From a virus, in the IMG/VR virus record IMGVR_UViG_3300031840_000582, positions 2,858-66,857 of that record: a stretch of DNA of 64,000 nt; one strand, 5' to 3'. Every line of letters begins with the position of its first letter. Positions within the stretch are counted from its first letter, which is position 1. A model generated the notes under the pieces. It did not search any database and was not told the DNA's origin. It worked only from the letters and a program-made list of their open reading frames with translations. A program made the position numbers and the translations under genes. Below are positions 45,360 to 55,514 of the stretch, one piece after another.

Positions 45360-46275
45360 AGATTATAACAGAGACTACACAGAGGTGAAAGACGCCGATG
45401 GTAATCTAAAAGAAATTATTTTTATGCCATCAACGATTGAAACCATTGACACCGCTTTCTATAACTGGGTCAATGAAACCATCAATCCGTCAGCTATAAC
45501 CAATAAGGGATTTAAGAAAGTTCCTGTTATCTGGATCTCTGCCGAGCGAGCTTTTCAAATTAAAGCAGATAAAGACTTGCGCGATAAGAACGGTGTTGTT
45601 AAATTACCTCTTATGATTATTAACCGAACGGACGTATCAAAAGACTCTTCATTCAAAGGTGTCGCATGGTCGCACATTCCAAACTTCAATGATGGTCTCC
45701 GTGGACCCCGTGGTGGCGCTATTTCAGTTGCAAGAAGAATCAATCAAGAAAAGACTGCAAACTTTGTGAACGCCGACTCTAAGAGAAAGTTTGGAACACT
45801 TGGCTCCGCTACATCCGGCCACGGCCAAGAAAACTTTCCTTTTAGCAATCCCGGTAAAGTTGTGTACGAAACAGCAACGATGCCAATCCCAGTATATGTG
45901 TCTGTTAACTACGAGCTAACAATAAGAACAAACTACCAGCAACAATTAAACCAGATCACAACCCCATTCATGACCACTACAGGTCAAATTAATAATTTCT
46001 TTATCAGTCATGAGGGGCATAGATTCGAAGGATTTATTCAAAATAATTTTATTCAATCGATGGACGTGACTGGTGAACAGGAAAGCTCTTACGAAACAAA
46101 GATTGATTTTAGAATCTTAGGTTATTTGCTTGGCGGTGGGATAAATGACGAGCGACCAAAGATCGCATTCAGAGAAAATGCGGTTCAAATTAGAATGCCC
46201 AGAGAGCGCGTGATCGTAGGCGATAAACCAGAGCGGTTGACTAAGCGAGGCATCAAATCTTTTTATAAAGAGTAA
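45349..46275 (+). CDS. Tail terminator/sheath stabiliser (T4 gp15-like)
   Basis: KVPVIW...LPLMII.R...PVYVSVNYELTI, located between neck and sheath. Confidence 0.65.
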   Translation: MAPKDYNRDYTEVKDADGNLKEIIFMPSTIETIDTAFYNWVNETINPSAITNKGFKKVPVIWISAERAFQIKADKDLRDKNGVVKLPLMIINRTDVSKDSSFKGVAWSHIPNFNDGLRGPRGGAISVARRINQEKTANFVNADSKRKFGTLGSATSGHGQENFPFSNPGKVVYETATMPIPVYVSVNYELTIRTNYQQQLNQITTPFMTTTGQINNFFISHEGHRFEGFIQNNFIQSMDVTGEQESSYETKIDFRILGYLLGGGINDERPKIAFRENAVQIRMPRERVIVGDKPERLTKRGIKSFYKE

Positions 46276-46374
46276 TTTGGACTTTAGCCTTTACAAATAC
46301 TATTTATAATGTGAAAGGCTAAATAACGTAAGAGCTTTATATCATCTAGATTAAGGACAATAGGAGAGCCATAA

Positions 46375-49300
46375 ATGTCATCAGAATTAGCAAGAAAGTT
46401 TAGATTTGTATCACCGGGTATCTTCCTCCGAGAGGTAGATAACTCCCAGTTACCTAGATTGCCGGATGCAGTCGGCCCAACAATTATTGGCCGATACGCT
46501 TATGGTCCCGCGATGCGACCTTTCAAGGTCAACTCACTAGCTGAGTTCGTAGAGACTTACGGAAATCCAATTCCGGGTGCTTCCTCTGGAGACGTCTGGC
46601 GCGAAGGCAACAAGACTGGACCAACATACGCTGCATACGCTGCATTTGCTTGGTTGAATTCTGGCGTTGCACCTGCTAACATTGTCCGCTTACTTGGAGA
46701 CGAGCACGATCAAAATGATGGCACCGTGCTTGCACAAGCTGGTTGGACCACAACTAACCCATCTTCCACCTCAACAGTTCGTGATCCATCCGCTACTGTT
46801 TCATCAAATGGTGGTGCTTACGGTCTCTGGCTCATCCCATCAGGTTCTGGCTTGGACGATGCCAGCGGAACATCATTGGGCACTGGCTCCCTCGCAGCAA
46901 TTTGGTACATGCGAGACGGAGCAATCGCTCTCAAGGGCAAGCAAGTCACTCATAAGCTACAAGCAGATCTAACTGCTGTCACAGGTAACGCTGTTATGCT
47001 CCACTCGGAAGACAGCAACTACACTTTCCAAGCGAGCATTATTGACTCTTCTTATAACAACCTATACACTACTAAGTTTAACTTCGACAGAAACTCAGAA
47101 AACTACATTCGCAAAGTTTTCAACACTGACCCGATCTTGACGAACACAAGCGTTGTTGATACAACCACTGTCAACGAAGGTCGAGGCAATTACTTCCTTG
47201 GCGAGACTTTCGAGAGTAACCTTTTCAATATTCTCGGAGCATCTGGAAATGCATACGGAATGATTCTTCCAATTGCATCTGGTACAATTAACGACGACGC
47301 TCATGGATCAGGGTCTTTTGTCGCTGGTTACCATGACCACTTAGAAGGGTTTAAGAATCCTGAAACAGGTTGGTTCTTCTCACAGGATCTATCAACAGAC
47401 AATACACACTACGCAGCCGAGCGTATGACCAAGCTATTCAAGTTCCACGGTCTTGACTCTGGCGAGTGGCTACAAAACAATATTAAGATTTCAATTGCTG
47501 ACGTCCGCGCTCCTACAAGCTTGGCCAATCCTTACGGAACCTTCACTGTTCAAGTTCGTAGAGCATCTGACACGGATAAGGTGCCTGTAATCCTTGAGCA
47601 ATTCACCGAGTGTGATCTTAACCCAGCATCATCTAACTTTGTTGCTGCTAAGGTTGGTGATATGTTCATGGAGTTTGACTACAGCACCAACCGTCTCAGA
47701 GAGTATGGCCAGTATAGAAATCAATCTAAGTACATTAGAATTGAGATGAACCCTGCTGTAGAGAACGGCACTTCTGATCCAGAACTTCTACCATTCGGTG
47801 TCTTCGGCCCAATTCGCCCTGTCTCATGGCGTGTGCGCTCTAATGACGGTGATGATGGAGCCACTGGAACTCCATTGTTGAAGGTTATCAGCAATGATAG
47901 TACAATTGCAGGTGCTTCTGTTGGTTCTGGATCTGCTGGCCGCATCGCAGCGGATGGAAAAGCAACATGTGTGCTTACAGTCGCGGATGGCGATGCTGAT
48001 GTCACAGCAGTGGAAGAAGAATTCATTACACTTACATCTACGGATGGAACGACTCGTAGATACGTTATTATTGACGATAATGCAACCACTGTGACAACAG
48101 GCACCGTTATCGCAGCCGATACTGATGTCGGTGCCACCACCTCACCCGGTGCACTATCAGTTGGAGGTATCGCAGTAGCGATCAACACGACCGGTACTAA
48201 GGCAACACAGAATGCTTTCCTAGTTCAGTTGAAAGCTGCGATTGAGGGCGCAACAGGCCACAATGGAAAAATTACAGTATCTGCTGTCCCGACCGAGGCT
48301 AATGGCGCTCAATCAATTACGCTTACTCAAGCAACCGCTGGAGAAGCGGGCAACACAGACGTGGCCGAGAACATAGCCGCAGCAGGCGCAACTATGCTTA
48401 TCCCACAGCACACCGCCGGCGGTGCTACAACCACGGCATTCGTAGGCGGCGCTGATCTCGTTGGTACAATGACCACTGTTGAGGACGGTCTAATTGCAAG
48501 TCACTACTCTCCAAATCACGTTACAAGCATTGTTTTTGGTGAGGATGATGGCACAAGCACCGGTCTTGTTGGCGCGTATCGATACACTGCATCATACGAA
48601 TTCCCAAGAACTCTATTCCGAATCTCGGCTTCTGATGGTGCGATGGGCGATCCTAAGGACGCTTACTTCGGCCTCCAGACTGGCAAGACTCACACTGACT
48701 TGTCATTCGACCCCGGATATCCTGACTACGTTCGTCGCCTACCTGTTGGTTTCGCACAGATGGACACAATCACTGGAGCCGGTACTGATAGAGAATACTC
48801 TTGGACTTTCTCACTTGATGATGTTAGAACAGTTATCGATGGCGATATTGCAAGATCCGCGTTCTTCCAGTCTGGTTCTAGAAGAAACGGTGACTCTCTA
48901 ACAGCTATGAGTGGAACATACAAGCAGATTCTTGATGAGGGTCATGACCGATTCACTTCACCTCTATACGGTGGATTTGACGGATTTGACATCTATGAGT
49001 CGGAGCCACTTAGAAATACTGCAATTAGTGCAACTGATACACAATTCTCAAACTACGCATTCAATACAGTTAAGAGAGCAATCGACACGGTTGCAGATCC
49101 TGAGTTTGTTGAGACCAACCTTATGGTTGTTCCCGGCATCACCAATAAGAATCTTACTAAGCACCTTATTGATACTGCCGAGGCTCGCGCTGATGCTCTC
49201 GCAATTATTGACATCGAAGATGTGTACACGCCGTTCACCGAGAACACTCAATCCTACAAGAATCGTGTTGGAAGTGTGAGCAGTGCAGTTACATCACTAC

Positions 49301-49965
49301 GCAACAGAGACCTTGATACAAGCTACGCAGCAACCTACTACCCATGGGTTCAGGTCAGAGATCCTAACAACGCCAAGCTTGTTTGGGTTCCACCTTCTGT
49401 CGTCGCTCTTGGAACATTCGGTTCATCTGAAGCTAAGACCGAGCTTTGGTTTGCCCCAGCAGGCTTTACGCGAGGCGGTTTGACTGACGGTTCCGCTGGC
49501 CTACCAGTTGTTAACGTATCCGAGAGAGTTGTTCGTAAGGACCGTGACAAGCTTTACACTGCTAAGATCAACCCAATTGCAACGTTCCCGGCAGAAGGAA
49601 TCGTAATCTTCGGTCAGAAGACTCTTCAGATTACCCCATCCGCTCTTGATAGAATTAATGTTCGTCGCCTCTTGATCTTCGTGAAGAAGGAAGTCTCTAG
49701 ATTCGCCGCAACAGTTCTATTCGACCAGAACGTTCAGGCTACTTGGACACGCTTTGTGAATAAGATTGATCCATTCCTCGCGAGTGTTCAGACTAGACTC
49801 GGACTCACAAGCTACAAAATCGTGCTAGATGATACCACTACAACTGCTGACTTGGTTGACAGAAACATTCTTTACGCTAAGATCTTCTTGAAGCCAGCAA
49901 GAGCAATTGAGTACATCGCAATTGACTTTGTAATCACAAGAACCGGAGCGTCATTCGACGATTAA
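46375..49965 (+). CDS. Tail sheath protein (T4 gp18-like)
   Basis: FVSPGIFLREVD, YYPWV, WFAPAGFTRG, INPIATF, GQKTLQ, DRINVRRL, KPARAIEYI. ACTATTTA at 46299. Confidence 0.95.
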   Translation: MSSELARKFRFVSPGIFLREVDNSQLPRLPDAVGPTIIGRYAYGPAMRPFKVNSLAEFVETYGNPIPGASSGDVWREGNKTGPTYAAYAAFAWLNSGVAPANIVRLLGDEHDQNDGTVLAQAGWTTTNPSSTSTVRDPSATVSSNGGAYGLWLIPSGSGLDDASGTSLGTGSLAAIWYMRDGAIALKGKQVTHKLQADLTAVTGNAVMLHSEDSNYTFQASIIDSSYNNLYTTKFNFDRNSENYIRKVFNTDPILTNTSVVDTTTVNEGRGNYFLGETFESNLFNILGASGNAYGMILPIASGTINDDAHGSGSFVAGYHDHLEGFKNPETGWFFSQDLSTDNTHYAAERMTKLFKFHGLDSGEWLQNNIKISIADVRAPTSLANPYGTFTVQVRRASDTDKVPVILEQFTECDLNPASSNFVAAKVGDMFMEFDYSTNRLREYGQYRNQSKYIRIEMNPAVENGTSDPELLPFGVFGPIRPVSWRVRSNDGDDGATGTPLLKVISNDSTIAGASVGSGSAGRIAADGKATCVLTVADGDADVTAVEEEFITLTSTDGTTRRYVIIDDNATTVTTGTVIAADTDVGATTSPGALSVGGIAVAINTTGTKATQNAFLVQLKAAIEGATGHNGKITVSAVPTEANGAQSITLTQATAGEAGNTDVAENIAAAGATMLIPQHTAGGATTTAFVGGADLVGTMTTVEDGLIASHYSPNHVTSIVFGEDDGTSTGLVGAYRYTASYEFPRTLFRISASDGAMGDPKDAYFGLQTGKTHTDLSFDPGYPDYVRRLPVGFAQMDTITGAGTDREYSWTFSLDDVRTVIDGDIARSAFFQSGSRRNGDSLTAMSGTYKQILDEGHDRFTSPLYGGFDGFDIYESEPLRNTAISATDTQFSNYAFNTVKRAIDTVADPEFVETNLMVVPGITNKNLTKHLIDTAEARADALAIIDIEDVYTPFTENTQSYKNRVGSVSSAVTSLRNRDLDTSYAATYYPWVQVRDPNNAKLVWVPPSVVALGTFGSSEAKTELWFAPAGFTRGGLTDGSAGLPVVNVSERVVRKDRDKLYTAKINPIATFPAEGIVIFGQKTLQITPSALDRINVRRLLIFVKKEVSRFAATVLFDQNVQATWTRFVNKIDPFLASVQTRLGLTSYKIVLDDTTTTADLVDRNILYAKIFLKPARAIEYIAIDFVITRTGASFDD

Positions 49966-49972
49966 TGAAAAC

Positions 49973-49991
49973 GGGGTGGTTTTTCCACCCC
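49973..49991. terminator. GC hairpin between sheath and tube genes
   Basis: GGGGTGG-TTTTT-CCACCCC with no + strand U-tract. It may be a processing/stability stem or a minus-strand terminator. Confidence 0.45.
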
Positions 49992-50032
49992 ACCCACTAT
50001 ATATTATAGTAGAGTATAAGGAGTAATACTTA

Positions 50033-50599
50033 ATGCCATTCTGGACAGACAGCACGGGCCAAGACCCTAAAAGAAATTATAGATTCCTTGTGACCATTGG
50101 TAACATGCCAGATGGCGCAACTTGGTACGCCAAGAGTGCGACCAAGCCAGCTTTTCAGGTTACTGAGGCAGCTCATCAGTTCCTAAATCATAACTTTTAC
50201 TACCCCGGTCGCGTTGAGTGGCAACCAGTAGAGGTTGTGCTTGTTGACCCTGTGTCTCCTGATGCATTGGCTAACATCCTTTCAATTATTCAGGGCTCTG
50301 GTTACAAGCCGCCCGCCAACTTCACAGAGACCACCACTATCAGCAAAGCAAGTGCAGTTAATGCGTTGGGCGGTGTTGTTATTCAAGTAATTCAGGCTGA
50401 TGGCGCAATCCTTGAAAACTGGACCCTCAACGGAGCGTTTATTACTAATGTTTCTTACGACGGGCTCGCATATGATAACGATGAGATCTCCACAATTACT
50501 TTACAGTTCCGTTATGACTGGGCAGACTGCGTAACCGCTAACCCAGCCTCAGGCGTTGCTGGACCTAACAACGACTTCTTTAAGTTAAACCCAGCCTAG
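50033..50599 (+). CDS. Tail tube protein (T4 gp19-like)
   Basis: PKRNYRF...YYPGRVEW...ENWTLNGAF...LQFRYDW, directly after the sheath gene. Confidence 0.85.
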   Translation: MPFWTDSTGQDPKRNYRFLVTIGNMPDGATWYAKSATKPAFQVTEAAHQFLNHNFYYPGRVEWQPVEVVLVDPVSPDALANILSIIQGSGYKPPANFTETTTISKASAVNALGGVVIQVIQADGAILENWTLNGAFITNVSYDGLAYDNDEISTITLQFRYDWADCVTANPASGVAGPNNDFFKLNPA

Positions 50600-50622
50600 T
50601 TTAAAACAATTCGAGGTGAAAT

Positions 50623-51471
50623 TTGAGTAGAAATAATCAAGAGCGACTTGGCGCTCCGCAAAGTGCAGCCCCTGCACCGCCAATCGCTCCAACCGGCGAG
50701 TCTTTCTCGTTTGCGACTCCAACAGAATTTGTAGAGTTGCCTACAGCCGGTAAATACTATCCACAGGGGCATCCACTGCACGGTCAAGACAGTGTTGAGA
50801 TTCGCTATATGACCGCGAAGGATGAAGACATTTTGTCCTCTGCTACCTTGCTAAAGAAAGGTATTGCACTTGAGAGGCTAATTCAGAATGTTCTTGTCGA
50901 TAAGTCAATCGATGTTAATTCGTTGTATATCGGCGACAAGAATGCAATCCTTATCGCTGCTCGTATAACTGGCTATGGCGAGACATACGAGGCGAAAACA
51001 ACATGTCCAGCATGTAGTTCAACAATGAACTTCCAGTATGATCTATCACAGCTTGGGTTAAGACATGGAGATAAGTGGGGCGACTATGCAATTAGGCGAC
51101 ATACAGATGATAGGTTCATCATTGCCCTTCCAAACACAAAGGTTGATGTTGAGGTTCGTCTGCTAACAAGCAAAGACGAGGATTACCTTTCACAACTAAA
51201 AGAAAACAAGAAAAAGAAAAACCTCCCAGAGGCGAACCTAACAGATCAACTCCGCATGATTGTTTGTTCAGTCAACGGACACTCAGATCCAAAGTCACTG
51301 CAAGCTTTTATTGATGGTTTGCCAGCGAGGGATTCCAGATACTTAAGAATGGCGTATGAACTAATTGTGCCAAACGTAAACATGACACAGGACTTTAGCT
51401 GTGAATCATGCGGTCACACGCAGGAGGTAACAGTGCCCTTGTCGGCAGGGTTTTTTTGGCCTGACCGATAA
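50623..51471 (+). CDS. Baseplate hub/tail assembly chaperone (T4 gp26-like)
   Basis: VELPTAGKYY...MTAKDEDIL...GDKNAILIAARITGYG, two CxxC pairs, C-terminal FFWP. Confidence 0.75.
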   Translation: MSRNNQERLGAPQSAAPAPPIAPTGESFSFATPTEFVELPTAGKYYPQGHPLHGQDSVEIRYMTAKDEDILSSATLLKKGIALERLIQNVLVDKSIDVNSLYIGDKNAILIAARITGYGETYEAKTTCPACSSTMNFQYDLSQLGLRHGDKWGDYAIRRHTDDRFIIALPNTKVDVEVRLLTSKDEDYLSQLKENKKKKNLPEANLTDQLRMIVCSVNGHSDPKSLQAFIDGLPARDSRYLRMAYELIVPNVNMTQDFSCESCGHTQEVTVPLSAGFFWPDR

Positions 51472-51475
51472 GTAC

Positions 51476-51697
51476 ATGGCCAATGTTTATGAGGAATTTT
51501 TCCTTTTAAAGTACCATGGTGGCTGGAGCTTTTCCGAGGCTTATAACTTGCCAGTTGTTTTGCGTAGATGGTTTTTAGAGCGACTAGCAAAACAAATTAC
51601 AACAGAGAACGAGGCCAAGAAAAAAGCATCAGGAAAGAAGACATACGACGTTGGAACCGGGCCTGATCCGGGTAGACCAATGATACCAAAAAGATGA
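51476..51697 (+). CDS. Tail assembly chaperone second part (gp51/GT-like), possibly reached by +1 frameshift
   Basis: EEFFLLKYHGGWSFSEAYNLPVVLRRWFL. The frame is open back through the T7 run at 51451. Confidence 0.6.
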   Translation: MANVYEEFFLLKYHGGWSFSEAYNLPVVLRRWFLERLAKQITTENEAKKKASGKKTYDVGTGPDPGRPMIPKR

Positions 51698-51700
51698 ATA

Positions 51701-51738
51701 AAGGCTGATGTTGAAAGACTTCAGCCTTATTTGTTTTT
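51701..51738 (+). terminator. Putative terminator
   Basis: AAGGCTGA...TCAGCCTT followed by ATTTGTTTTT. Confidence 0.65.
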
Positions 51739-51774
51739 AGAAACTAATTAATATATAACGAGGGAGATCACTCT

Positions 51775-52119
51775 ATGCAGAATCTTAAAGAGGATAAACT
51801 AGAGGAAGTTGTAATTGACTTTCAAGAGATGCGATCACAAGAACTAAATGAAAGTTTTTACATGGCTCTTGGTGCATCCATTCGCCTCGCTATCGATTCT
51901 ATTTTCGGGTATGGATTCTTCCCAGCAAAGTTAAAAGTAAAAGGCACTGAGCGTGAAGCAAAAGCGTTTGTTAATGCACTTAAGTCTGAGGCTAAGTATG
52001 TAAAAGCTGCAAAAGACTATGGACTTACTAACCCAAGAACATTTAAGAGCAAAAATAAATTGACCAATGCTATCAAGGGCTTCGAAAGAGTAACTGGACT
52101 TAAGTGGCCGTTTAAGTAG
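51775..52119 (+). CDS. Hypothetical virion protein
   Basis: ACTAATTA at 51743. N-terminal LKE/LEE/LNE sites. Confidence 0.5.
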   Translation: MQNLKEDKLEEVVIDFQEMRSQELNESFYMALGASIRLAIDSIFGYGFFPAKLKVKGTEREAKAFVNALKSEAKYVKAAKDYGLTNPRTFKSKNKLTNAIKGFERVTGLKWPFK

Positions 52120-52129
52120 GAGATTCTAA

Positions 52130-54172
52130 ATGGCAATTACTCCAGAAGAAATCCAAAGGTTAACTGATGCTTATTTGCGACAAAAGCAAACTGTTGACCA
52201 ACTCCGTGACGCTCAAACTAGTCTTGCCTCTGGCACAGAAGCTTATAGAAACGCTACTCTTAGGCTTCAACAAGCAGAGGTTAACACAGCACAAGCTGAA
52301 TTAGAACTCGCGATCGCACGAAACGAAACTGCCGACACGATTCAGCAAATTACAAATGAACTAAATCAGTCTACGGTTGCATTCGAAGCTAACAAAGCCG
52401 CTATAGAGGCCGCAACAAAACAGGCTGAAATAGGCCAACAAACGTTTGGAAACCTAGCTGGCCAGATTGGATTGATGGACGAGAGTGCTAGGCAGTCAAA
52501 CCTAACACTCAATGTACTCTCAGCGAGTGGTCTCAAGGGCTTAATGAAGGGCGCTGCTGACGTATTGAATCCATTAAATATGTTGCAATCGATTTTTGCT
52601 TTGACAATTGAAAGCTCTCTTGAACTTGCAAAGGCACTTGATGAAACTACGTCTTCGCTAAACATGACCACTGGACTGGGTGACGAGTTTCACGATAGTA
52701 TTGTAGATCTGCAACCAGCACTCAATGATCTAGCGATCTTTGTGCCAGAAATTGGTGAGGCCTTCGGAGTTTTAGGAACTAGGCTTGGAACATTCACAAA
52801 CTTAAGCAAAGACGCGCAAATGAATATTGGGCGCACAACAGCAGTGCTAGGTAAGTTTGGCGTGTCAGCAGAGCAGACGGCAGAAAATATTGGTATTATG
52901 ACAGCTACCATGGGGGTCTCGGAAGAGCAAGCAGCTTTCCTTCAGGCTGGCCTAGTAAACATGGCTAATGAAAATCAAATTTCTAGCGTGCAAATGATGA
53001 ATGACTTTGCTGCAACTGCTGAATCTTTGGCTGCTTTTGGCGACCAGTCTGTTGAGGTCTTTGGTGATTTGGCTATGGCAGCTAAACAAAGTAACATGGA
53101 GGTTAGTGAATTATTAGGCATCGCTAGCCAGTTTGATACTTTTGATGGAGCTACTCAAGCTGTTGGTAGGCTCAACGCTCTATTGGGTGGCCCTTTCCTT
53201 AACAGTTTGGAAATGGTTATGGTAACAGACCCGACGGAAAGAATAAGTATGCTGTCTGATGCTTTGAATGCCACCGGTCGATCCTTCCAAGATATGTCCT
53301 ACTATGAGAGAAGGGCAATTGCAGATGCCGCTGGGCTATCAAGTGTTGCCGATTTAGGCAAGGTCATGAGTGGTAACTTTGAAGGCCTAGCAGGTAATAT
53401 AGGTAAAAGCGCCGAAGAGCTAGAAAAAATGGAAAACATGCAGGCTGACTTTATGAGTCTTACTGATGAAATAAAATCTTTATTGATGGAATTTGCTTTC
53501 CCGTTCTTGGAACCAGTTGTGCAGGGTCTTAAATCAGCCATAAAATTTGTTAAAGATCTATCTCCTGAATTCAAAAAGAGTCTTGCTATTGCGGGCGGTC
53601 TTTTAGTCATGGGTAAGATTTTCAGTGGGTTTATGTCTGATACTGCTGAGCAATCCGAAGCCATTGCGGCTGGCGGTGGTGGTGGTGGAATAAGTGGCTT
53701 CCTTGGAGATGTGGCGAAAGGCCTTTTGCTTGTTGTGGGAGTGATCTTACTAGTGAAGCCAGCCTTTACTCTATTGTCTAGTTTATTTGAGTCAATTGGT
53801 TCTGGGCTTTCTGGTCTTATGGAATTAGGACCGGCTTTAGATGCTATCAAGAGCGTTGGTGCAGCAGACTTTTTGGCCACTGCCGCTGGTATCAAAGCTA
53901 TCAGCACCGCAGTAAACGATATTGAAACCGATAAGGCTGTGGCTATTTCCACAGTCTTCGATTCGGCAGCAGCTACAACAGCTACTCAGACAATTAATTC
54001 AGCAGCAATGACTTCAGCGGGAGCTAGTGCAGCAGGAGCAACTGGCCAAACGATGGTCGCAGCCCCGATTGAAATAACTACCAAGCTTATGCTTAACGAA
54101 AGAGAGATGGCATCTGTTGTACGGAAGCATGAAACGCTTCTTAAGTTGGCTGATGATGCAACTAACGTGTAG
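52130..54172 (+). CDS. Tape measure protein
   Basis: 680 aa, Ala/Leu-rich helical with hydrophobic segments, located after the tube and chaperone genes. Confidence 0.75.
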   Translation: MAITPEEIQRLTDAYLRQKQTVDQLRDAQTSLASGTEAYRNATLRLQQAEVNTAQAELELAIARNETADTIQQITNELNQSTVAFEANKAAIEAATKQAEIGQQTFGNLAGQIGLMDESARQSNLTLNVLSASGLKGLMKGAADVLNPLNMLQSIFALTIESSLELAKALDETTSSLNMTTGLGDEFHDSIVDLQPALNDLAIFVPEIGEAFGVLGTRLGTFTNLSKDAQMNIGRTTAVLGKFGVSAEQTAENIGIMTATMGVSEEQAAFLQAGLVNMANENQISSVQMMNDFAATAESLAAFGDQSVEVFGDLAMAAKQSNMEVSELLGIASQFDTFDGATQAVGRLNALLGGPFLNSLEMVMVTDPTERISMLSDALNATGRSFQDMSYYERRAIADAAGLSSVADLGKVMSGNFEGLAGNIGKSAEELEKMENMQADFMSLTDEIKSLLMEFAFPFLEPVVQGLKSAIKFVKDLSPEFKKSLAIAGGLLVMGKIFSGFMSDTAEQSEAIAAGGGGGGISGFLGDVAKGLLLVVGVILLVKPAFTLLSSLFESIGSGLSGLMELGPALDAIKSVGAADFLATAAGIKAISTAVNDIETDKAVAISTVFDSAAATTATQTINSAAMTSAGASAAGATGQTMVAAPIEITTKLMLNEREMASVVRKHETLLKLADDATNV

Positions 54173-54222
54173 TATGGTCGATAAATTAAGTTTGGCTCTA
54201 CTTATAAGTGGAGGGTTATAGT

Positions 54223-55140
54223 ATGAGTAAGGGTAGAAAGAATCAGTCAAAAGATACTGGTGACGGTAGTCTTGAAGTACAGGAAAGCTCCCAAAGAGAA
54301 TCTACCAATGAAGGTAGAGAACGAGGTGGTCTGGCTGGTCTTTTTAACTTTGGTTCACAAAATAGTCCGTTCGAGGCAAACGATGCCAGCGACGCATACG
54401 CTCAGAGAGGCTATTACCTAAGGTTTACTCATATCCCATCAGGAAGGCAAACATCTTTCAAAGCTTTTATAACAAACTTTCAAGACTCATATGCATCTAA
54501 CTGGACTCCACAGACTGCTTACGGCAGAATGGATCAGATCTACACATTCCAAAATACAACGCGACAATTGTCGGTTAGTTTTTCAATTCCTGCCTTTGAC
54601 GAAGAAGATGCACGGTGTAACCTAACCAAATGTACAAACTTAGCTAGACAACTGTACCCATATTATAGTAATGGTGCAGGTAATAATGCTAGCACCATTG
54701 CAAAAGCACCGCTAATGAGGGTAAGATTCGCCAATTTAATTAGAGACGGACGTTTTTCGGGTGACTCACGGGGCCTTTTAGGTAAAATTAACGGGTTTAC
54801 ATTCACACCCAATATTGATCATGGATTTTACGACTTACAGAACTTTCTATATCCAAAAACAATGGAAGTTACCTTTACTTTTGATGTGTTGCACGAGCAT
54901 ATTATGGGCTGGACTGATAATGCACCCGGTCCTGATATTTCTAAGACTAGCACAGGCATATCGTGGTCTGAGGGCAAGGCAGGCTTCTTTCCCTACGCGA
55001 GATCTTACACGCAACAAACAACTTCTACAGACACCACATCAGATGCGGATGCCATTGACGCAGACGCAGACGACGTTGCAGCCGCTGCGGGTCTCACGTT
55101 CGAAGATCAAGAAGCAGCACTAGATGAAATTATTGATTAA
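54223..55140 (+). CDS. Baseplate tail-tube initiator (gp48/gp54-like)
   Basis: FKAFITNFQDSYASNW...YGRMDQIYTFQNTTRQLSVSF, a tube-fold pattern. TCTACTTA at 54197. Confidence 0.65.
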   Translation: MSKGRKNQSKDTGDGSLEVQESSQRESTNEGRERGGLAGLFNFGSQNSPFEANDASDAYAQRGYYLRFTHIPSGRQTSFKAFITNFQDSYASNWTPQTAYGRMDQIYTFQNTTRQLSVSFSIPAFDEEDARCNLTKCTNLARQLYPYYSNGAGNNASTIAKAPLMRVRFANLIRDGRFSGDSRGLLGKINGFTFTPNIDHGFYDLQNFLYPKTMEVTFTFDVLHEHIMGWTDNAPGPDISKTSTGISWSEGKAGFFPYARSYTQQTTSTDTTSDADAIDADADDVAAAAGLTFEDQEAALDEIID

Positions 55141-55161
55141 AGTACACACGAGGGTTTAAAA

Positions 55162-55503
55162 GTGCCATACAGATACACCGGAAGAACAATTATTAGAAAT
55201 GACTCTGAAACTTATGAAGAACTAGTTTCCCCTAGAGATGTGCCATATGTGGACCAGTACAAGACTCCAAGACTAAAGCACCCTTCTAAATTCGAAAGGT
55301 TAAATCTAACCAGAGATAGGCATACTTGGAAGCTTGGTGATCGGTATTGGAAGCTGGCTACAGAAAATTACGGTAGCCCAAAATACTGGTGGGTCATAGC
55401 TTGGTATAACCAAAAGCCAGTTGAAAATATGCTCAGTCCGGGTGACACAATTATTATTCCAAAACCCTTGCAACTTGTGCTGGAATATGTTAAGTATTAC
55501 TGA
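55162..55503 (+). CDS. Baseplate wedge LysM-like protein (T4 gp53 / P2 gpX-like)
   Basis: GDRYWKLATENYGSPKYWWVIAWYN...PGDTIIIP. Confidence 0.8.
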   Translation: MPYRYTGRTIIRNDSETYEELVSPRDVPYVDQYKTPRLKHPSKFERLNLTRDRHTWKLGDRYWKLATENYGSPKYWWVIAWYNQKPVENMLSPGDTIIIPKPLQLVLEYVKYY

Positions 55504-55514
55504 GGTTATAAACA

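Noticed and set aside
13993-46308. TATAAATA on the minus strand read as T4 late promoters for antisense genes
   Set aside because: No credible minus-strand genes follow, and variants such as ACTAATTA and ACTACTTA break that consensus while keeping their position before + strand genes.
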